Of a DNA stretch of 64,000 bases, positions 52,401 to 60,600 are shown piece by piece. The stretch comes from Scyliorhinus canicula (Eukaryota). How positions within the stretch are numbered: the stretch's first letter is position 1; every line of letters starts with the position of its first letter. The stretch covers positions 79,893,830-79,957,829 of the forward strand of contig NC_052164.1 of assembly GCF_902713615.1 (NCBI RefSeq), given 5' to 3'. The notes under the pieces are model-generated. The model did not search any database and was not told the DNA's origin. It saw only the letters and a list, made by a program, of their open reading frames with translations. Made by a program: the position numbers and the translations under genes.

Positions 52401-55400
52401 TATGGTGTGCCCAATCTTGCTGCTTGGCTTTGTCCACTCAATTTATCAATGCAAACACATGAATGTCCTTCATTTAACTAATATATCAGAGGACTAAGAT
52501 ACCTTGGGGTCATGTTTCAGTAGGGAGTAAAGTAGCATAAAATAAAGAAAGCTGTGAACCTTTGTTGAAGAAAATCCAAAATTGTGAGATTGAAAATAAG
52601 CAATTCTGGATGCAAGATCTTTCTGAAACCAGTGAGAAGGATTTCAGCATTTATCATATTTTCAGGAGTGAACATTCCCAATCCTGGTCCTACCCAGCTC
52701 TTCTTAGGATCAGGTGGAAAGTGCGGTGTTGGACAACAGTGTCCCTCGGGGTCAGTTCTACCACAACCATGTCCATCAGGAACCTATGCTGAAGAAGAGG
52801 GACTGGGGCAGTGTAGGACTTGCCCTGCAGGTAAATATGCCTAATTGATTAACATCTATGAACTTTTACCAATGTAAAATTTCTGAAATAAATGGTAGTG
52901 TTCATGAAAATACTTTTCCTTTTGGAGACACTAACTTTCTTTGTTGCCTTATTTAATTGATCTTGTAGGATCTGCCTATTGGTATGATGCCTAAAGGAAA
53001 ATCGGTGGAGTTGCATTGTTGGTTAAAGAGGAAATTAACACAATAGTGATGATGGATATTAGCTCCGATGATGTGGCATATGTATGGATGAAGTTGAGAA
53101 ATGCCAAGGGACAAAAAGCCTTATTGGGGATTGTATATAGACCCTCGAACTGTAGTGGTGATGTTGGGGATGGCATTAAACAGGAAATTAGAGACATATG
53201 CGATAAAGGAACAGCTGTAATTTTGGGTTACTTCATCTGCATTTAGATTGGGGAAATCAAATTCAGAGCAATTCCATAGAGGAGGAATTCCTAGAGCATG
53301 TATGGGATGGTATTCTGGACCAATATGTTGAGTAAGCAACTAGAGAACAGGTATTGTGTAACAAGAAAGGAATAATTGGCAGTCAACGCGAGGCCCCTTG
53401 GGGGTGGAAAACCACAATGTAATGGAATTCTTTAACAAGATAGAGAATAGCGTGGTTGATTCGGAGACTGGTGTCTTCAATTTAAATAAAGGAAATTACG
53501 ATGGTATGAGGCACAAGTTGACTCTGATGAGACATTGCTCAAAGTGGTGACGGTGGTTAGACAATGGCAAACATTCAAGAATCCTACCATTGCTTGCAAG
53601 GGAAATCAGAGATAGTATTAGATCCGAGGAGGAGGCATACAAATTTGGTCAGAAAAAAATAGGCCTGAGGATTGGGGGCAGTTTAGAATTCAGCAAAGGA
53701 GGACAAAGAGATTGATTTATGAAGGGGAAAATGGAGTACAAGAGTAAGATTGTGGGGAACCGTAATAGCTTCTATCGGTATGTGAAGATAAAAAGATTGG
53801 TGAAGACAAATGTAGGTCCCTTGCAGACAGAAACAGGGGAACATATAATGGAACAAAGAAATGGTTGACCAACTAATTGCATACTTTGGTTTTGCCTTCT
53901 CAAAGAAGGACACAAATAACGTGGCTGAAATGTTGGGTAACACTGGGTTTAATGAGAGGGAGGAACTGAAGGAAATCGGTATGAGTCGGGAAAAATGGTG
54001 TTGGAGAAATTGATGTGATTGAAGGTCAATAATTCCCCAGGGGCTGATAATTTGCATCCCAGAGGACTTAAAGAAATAATGGATGCATTGGTGGTCATCT
54101 TCCAAGATACCTTAGACTCTGGAACAGTTCCTATGGATTGGAGGGTAGCTAATGTAGCCCCACTATTTAAACAGGGAAGAAAAGAGAACATGAGAAATTA
54201 CAGACCAATCAACCTGACGTCGGTAGTGGGAAAAATTCTAGAGTCCATTATAAAAGATTTAATAGGGCAGCACGGTGGCCTAGTGGTTAGCACAGCTGCC
54301 TCACGGCGCTGAGGTCCCAGGTTCGATCCCGGCTCTGGGTCACTGTCCATGTGGAGTTTGCACATTCTCCCTGTGTCTGCGTGGGTTTCGCCCCCACAAC
54401 CCAAAAATGTGCAGGCTAGGTGGATTGGCCACACTAAATTTCCCCTTAATTGGAAAAAATAATTGGGTAATCTAAATTTATAAAAATAAAGAAAAATTAA
54501 AAAAAATAAAAGATTTAACGTCAGGGCACTTGGAAAACAATGGCAGGAACAAAAACCGATTCAGTGTGGATTTATGAAAGGAAAATCATTCTTGATAAAT
54601 CTACTTTATCAAGAGATTTGAGGATGTAACTTGTAGGGTTGATGTGGTTCATTTGGACTTTAGGAAGGCTTTCAAGGAGGTCCCACAAAGAGATTATCGC
54701 GTAAGATTAAAGCCCATGGGATTGGGGGCAGTCTATAGAGATGGATAGAAAGCTGGCTGGCAGACAGAAAACGATAGTAGGAATAAACGGGTATTTTTCC
54801 AAGTGGCAGGCAATGGCTAGTGGGGCACATTGAACATAGAACATACAGTGCAGAAAGAGGCCATTCGGCCCATCGAGTCTGCACCGACCCACATTAAGCC
54901 CTCACTTCCACCCTATCCCCGTAACCCAATAACCCCTCCTAACTTTTTTTGATCACTAAGGGCCATTTATCATGGCCAATCCACCTACCCTGCACGTCTT
55001 TGGACTGTGCGAGAAAACCGGAGCACCCGGATTAAACCCACACAGACACACGGAGAACGTGCAGACTCCGCACAGACAGTGATCCAAGCCGGGAATCGAA
55101 CTTGGGAACCCTGGCGCTGTGAAGCCACAGTGCTAATCATGTGCTACCATCCTGCCCCCAGGTACCGCAGGGATCAGTGCTGGGACCCCAATGTATATTA
55201 ATGATTTAGATGAGAGTACTAAATATAATATCTCCAAACTTGCATCTGACACAAAGTTGGGTGGGAGGGTGAGTTGTGAGGAGGATGCAGAGATGCTTCA
55301 GTGTAATTTGGACAAGTTGAGTGAGTGGACATATGCATGGCAGATGCAGTATAATGTGGATTAGTTTGAGATTATCCACTTTGGTAGCAAAAACAGGAAG

Positions 55401-57623
55401 GCAAATTATTATCTAAATGGATATAGATTGAAAGAGGGGAATGTGCAATGAGACCTGGGTGTCTTTCTACATCAGTCACTGAAAGTAAGTATGCAGGTGC
55501 AGCAGGTGGTAAAGAAGGCAAATAGTATGTTGACCTTTTATAGCAAGAGGATTTGAGCACATTGGCAGGAATGTCTTGCTGCAGTTATACAGGGTATCGG
55601 CGAGACCACACTTTGAACAGTGTGCACAGTTTTGGTCTCCTTATCTGAGGAAGGATTTTCTTACTGTAGATGGCGTGCAGAAAACGTTACCAGACTGATT
55701 CCTGGGATGGCGGTACTGACATATGAAGAGAGATTGAGTTGGTTAGGATTATATATGCAGGGGTTTTGAAGAATGATGGGGGATCGCATAGAAACCTATA
55801 AACGTCTAACAGAACTAGACAGGGAAGATGCAAGAAGGATGTTCCTTTTTTAAAATCAATTTAAAGTACCCAATTCGATTTTTCCGAATTAAGGGCAATT
55901 TAGCATGACCATTGCAAATACCCTGCACATCTTTGGGTTGTGGGGGTGAGATCCATGCAGACACAGAGAGAATGTACAAATTCCACACAGACAGTGACTC
56001 AGGCCAGGATCGAACCTGGATCCTCCACGGCATCAGGCAGCAGTGCTAACCACTGCACCACCTTGCAAGAAGGATGTTCCTAATGGCGATGGAGTCCAGA
56101 ACCAAGGATCGCAGCCGATGGCATAGTGGTTAGCACCGCTTCCTCGTAGTGCTGGGGACCCGGTTTCATTCCAGCTTTGAGTGACTGTGTGGAGTTTGCA
56201 TGTTCTCCCCATGTCTACGTGGGTTTACTCTGGGGGCTCTGGTTTCATCCCACAGTCCAAAGATATGCAGGTCAGGTGGATTGGCCATGACCAATGAGCA
56301 TGGTTACGGGGATAGGGTGAGGGAACGGGTCCTAGGTAGGTTATTCTTTCGGATGGTCATTGCAGACTCAATGAGCCAATTAGTCTCCTGAACTGTAGGG
56401 ATTCTATGGAATGCAACTATTGAGCCCATCAACTGTGTGCCGCACTCACAATTATGATGATAGACGGATGATTAGCAGCTAATAATGCACACCACAATTC
56501 AAAATAATCACTACCTTTTCAATAATGTTCATACTTCCGAATGGTTACCTTGCAATTTCATTGCTATTGCAGGATATTACTGTCTGCCGACTTTGATGAT
56601 TCCTGAGCTCTGTCTGCCAGGGTATTATTGTCTCCCTGGGACAGAGGAAGCCACTCAATATCCCTGTCCTCCAGGAACATACAATGGCCAGACAGGTATT
56701 GCAATTATTGACATTGTGATCGCAGATATGAAAATGTTTCTCACATATCTGAGCCTTCTGTGTGAAAGGCATGATTTCATAGTAGGGATTGAGACTCTGC
56801 CAATATAGAAAAGCTGCATTTACTTTTTAAAGAAAATGTTTCTGAACATGTTTTGAATTCCTGAAGAAATTTTAATGAGTTAACTGGTCGAATGAGAGAA
56901 AATGTTTCAAGATAAGTGTTGTGCTCTTGATGCTTAATTTTGTAGCAAGGGCACTAAGTTAATCCACAGTTCCATGACACACCTCACACTATCCCTTAAA
57001 CTCAAGTTCATAATATATCTCTCTTCAGGTATCAGAAGTGCGAGGGAGTGTCTGGTGTGCCCTGCAGGACAGCACTGTAATGCATCTGGCCTCACAGAAC
57101 CTTCTGGACTTTGTACTCCGGGCTATTACTGCACAGGGGGATCGACAACTGACAAACCAACAGCGAACCATTTAACTTGGAATGTTTCCTTGAACTCCAC
57201 CTCAGAGTAAGTGTTTAAAACCACCTTTTAGACCCTGTTTTTAAAATGCCATCTGATGTATTTTATTTTATGTCCATTGTGAATATACAGTGGGCGGAGT
57301 TTTTCCATTTTTTTGACCGAGAGCAGGGCCGGCTCAAGGTACCGGCAACTCGGGCAGTCGCCCGGGGCGCCATGTGCTAGGGGGCACCAACAAGGAGTGC
57401 ATGACCGGCGTCAGAGACCCGGCGCCGCGTAAACGACTCGGGTCCCACGCATGCGCAGTTGGGCCGGTGCCAACCAGCGCATGTGCGGTGGCTGCCCTCC
57501 CCCAGGCCGCCCCGCACAAACATGGCGGATGGATCCAGGCTCGCCGGTGGAAGAAAGGAGGCCTGCCGACAGAGAGACCGGCCCGCTGATCGGTGGGTCC
57601 CGATCATGTACCAGGTCATTCCG

Positions 57624-57657
<34 letters not shown>

Positions 57658-60600
57658 GTGAACGGAGCCCCCCCCCCGAAGGGCACCGAAGTTCAGCTTT
57701 CCCGGGGCGCCAGCCACCCTAGGGCCGTTTCTGCCGAGAGTCAACTCGGCCGGGAAAAGCGGGATGTCGCCCTCCGGCTGCACTGCCAGCCTTTCCAGCC
57801 AGAGTCAAAAGCAATCAAGGAGGCGGGCCCAATGACATCATGCTGGTGGGGTGGGCTTTGAATAAGCGTGCCCTGCGAGAAATTTGACTCCTGAAAGAGG
57901 AGCGCCCCAATGGAAAAAATATATTATTTCCTTCCCCCGGAAAGGAAACTCCATTCCCACCATCATGAAATCTCCCCCACCGTGGAACCCTGGCGCCTTG
58001 GAGTGTCAGGGTAAGTTCCCAGACAATGCCATGGGGTGGGTTCTGTTCGCCAGGAGAATATTGTGAGGACCTGTCGTAATTCAGACCGACGTGAATAGAC
58101 AGTCCAACTTGCAGGGAATATAAACATCTTATCTGCATGTTAATAGGGATCCCGATGTTTAAAGTTCCCCTCCCTGCTTGCTGGATCCCCTGTGCGGGGA
58201 GAGATCTCTCGAGGCTCCTGACGCAACCCCTAAGCACACTTCCCCCAAGCCCCAATTTGCCTATAAGTGGGTCCTCGGCCCCCTCCCCCGCACCCGTAAA
58301 GGGCACCCCAGGCTCGATCCCTGTTGCTTGAGTATTCCACCTTGGCAATCTGGCAGTGCCAGGCTGGCTGTGCCAGGGTGGCACCAGCAGTGTTAGGGTG
58401 CTTGCCCGGAGGGCAAGCACCTGGAGGCCTCCCATCTGCTGGGAGATGCCAACGAGTGCCGTTCCTTCTGGTCCCTGTTTTTGGAGACCAGCACTGAACG
58501 GCGCTCACCGGAAGTCTCCAAGGCGAATTCTTATCATAGAATTTACAGTGCAGAAGGAGGCCATTCGGCCCATCAGGTCTGCACCGGCTCTTGGAAAGAG
58601 CACCATACCCAAGGTCAACACCTCCACCCTATCCCCATAACCCAGTAACCCCACCCAACACTAAGGGCAATTTTGGACACTAAGGGCAATTTATCATGGC
58701 CAATCCACCTAACCTGCACACCTTTGGACTGTGGGAGGAAACCGGAGCACCCGGAGGAAACCTACGCACACACGGGGAGGATGTGCAGACTCCGCACGGA
58801 CAGTGACCCAAGCCGGAATCGAACCTGGGACCCTGGAGCTGTGAAGCAATTGTGCTAACCACAATGCTACCGTGCTGCCCACTCTCGATCTAATATCCAG
58901 ATTTGACAGTGATCCCGCCCAGAGTGAGTAATGTCATTCAGCCTTTCAAGCTTGCTCTGCTATTCAGTAAGATCATGGCCAATCTGATCTTGGCCTGTGC
59001 TCCACTTTCCTACCAGTCCTCCATAATGTTGACTCTTCAAGATTCTGGCTGGAAGAACATTCTTATTATTGTCTGGAAAAACAGGGGGATCAGCTAGTCA
59101 TCAGTCTGCAAGTCAGCTTTAAAATTCTAATTTTTTTTTGTCTTCATAGTTCCAGATAAGTCTGAAATTCCATTAACATTAAATCATATTCATTATTTTA
59201 ATGACCTTACTAGGTACAAGTGGTGTCCGGAACAATATTATTCAATAGGTGGGCTTTGCCCAGCAGGTCATTACTGTCCACCTGGATCTCCTAGTCCAGT
59301 ACCATGTGATGGAGGGAAATACTGTTCAAATCCAGGGCTTACCATGCCATCGGGTATGTTCATTCTTAAAATGCTACATGTAAATTACAGTTGAATCAGA
59401 AGGAACCCGTTTAGTTTCATGGGCTGGATTCTCTGCCGCGGGATGCTCCATTTTGCCGGCAGCCCGGGGGTTTCCCGACGGCGTGGGGCTACCCCACAAT
59501 GGGAAACCTCATTGACCAGCCGGCGTAACGGAGCATCCCGCCGACGGGAGGAACCTGAAATGTGGTGCAGAAGACTAGAGAATCCTGCCCCATAGCTTTT
59601 GCAAAGTCTGTGGTTTTAAGAAAAGTGATTTATTGAAACAGAAAAGCTGTCAGTTCTTATATTCTTTCAGTCTCCCTTTTAGTCAAATGTAAAGTGACTA
59701 ATTCTCTGTTTTTTTTTTACTCTGCTCCTGCCCTAATACTTTCCTGGCAGTACTGCTGTAAAGACATTTTCTACTGAACCCAGTGTTACCCCATAGATTT
59801 TTAAATGAATGTCTCTCTTGCAGGGGAGCACGATAGCATGGTGGTTAGCATAAATGCTTCACAGCTCCAGGGTCCCAGGTTCGATTCCCGGCTGGGTCAC
59901 TGTCTATGCGGAGTCTGCACGTCCTCCCCGTGTGTGCGTGGGTTTCCTCCGGGTGCTCCGGTTTCCTCCCACAGTCCAAAGATGTGCGGGTTAGGTGGAT
60001 TGGCCATGCTAAATTGCCCGTAGTGTCCTAAAAAGTAAGGTTAAGGGGGGGTTGTTTGGGTTACGGGTATAGGGTGGATACGTGGATTTGAGTAGGGTGA
60101 TCATTGCTCGGCACAACATTGAGGGCCGAAGGGCCTGTTCTGTGCTGTACTGTTCTAATTCTAATTCTAATTCTAATTCAATTCCGGCTTGGATTGCCTG
60201 ATTTGTGGTAGAAGTGAGATTTCTGGAGTTAAGCGCAAAGAAGAATTGTGTGATTTATGATTATTTTCCCCCACTTGCCGCAGGTGAATGTCTCGCAGGA
60301 TATTACTGCGATGCTGCCTCCACTCAGCCTGACCAACACATCTGCCCTGCTGGTCTCTACTGCCCGAGAGGCACAGCCATCCCTGTGCCTTGTCCTCCTG
60401 GTACTTACGGCAATAGCAGTAGGAACTGCGAAGAATCAGATTGCCAGCTTTGTCTCGGTGGACAGTACTGTGATGGTAAAAATGTCTAACCATGTTACAG
60501 CTAAATCTGGATCTAAGTAAAAGTTTGTGTGTCGGCAGGGTCATCAACAGAACAATGTGAACGTGCAGCTAAACATAAAATTACTCTGGCCGAATGAGAA

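Larger units (their letters stand above)
52990..56110 (+). mobile_element. Long degraded CR1 ORF2 (endonuclease and RT) with three SINE insertions
   Basis: GGVALLVKE, GIVYRP, SPGADNLHPRGLKE, DWRVANVAPLFK..NYRPINLTSVVGKILESII, GVPQGSVLGP; many stops. Confidence 0.9.
57292..58920. mobile_element. Composite DNA-transposon region: outer Harbinger-type element(s) with nested hAT-like MITE and SINE
   Basis: Ends gggcggagttttcc / gatcccgccc; interior related to 16690-17589. Confidence 0.6.

Noticed and set aside
52990-56110. Active reverse transcriptase gene
   Set aside because: Multiple stops, frameshifts, deletions and three SINE insertions
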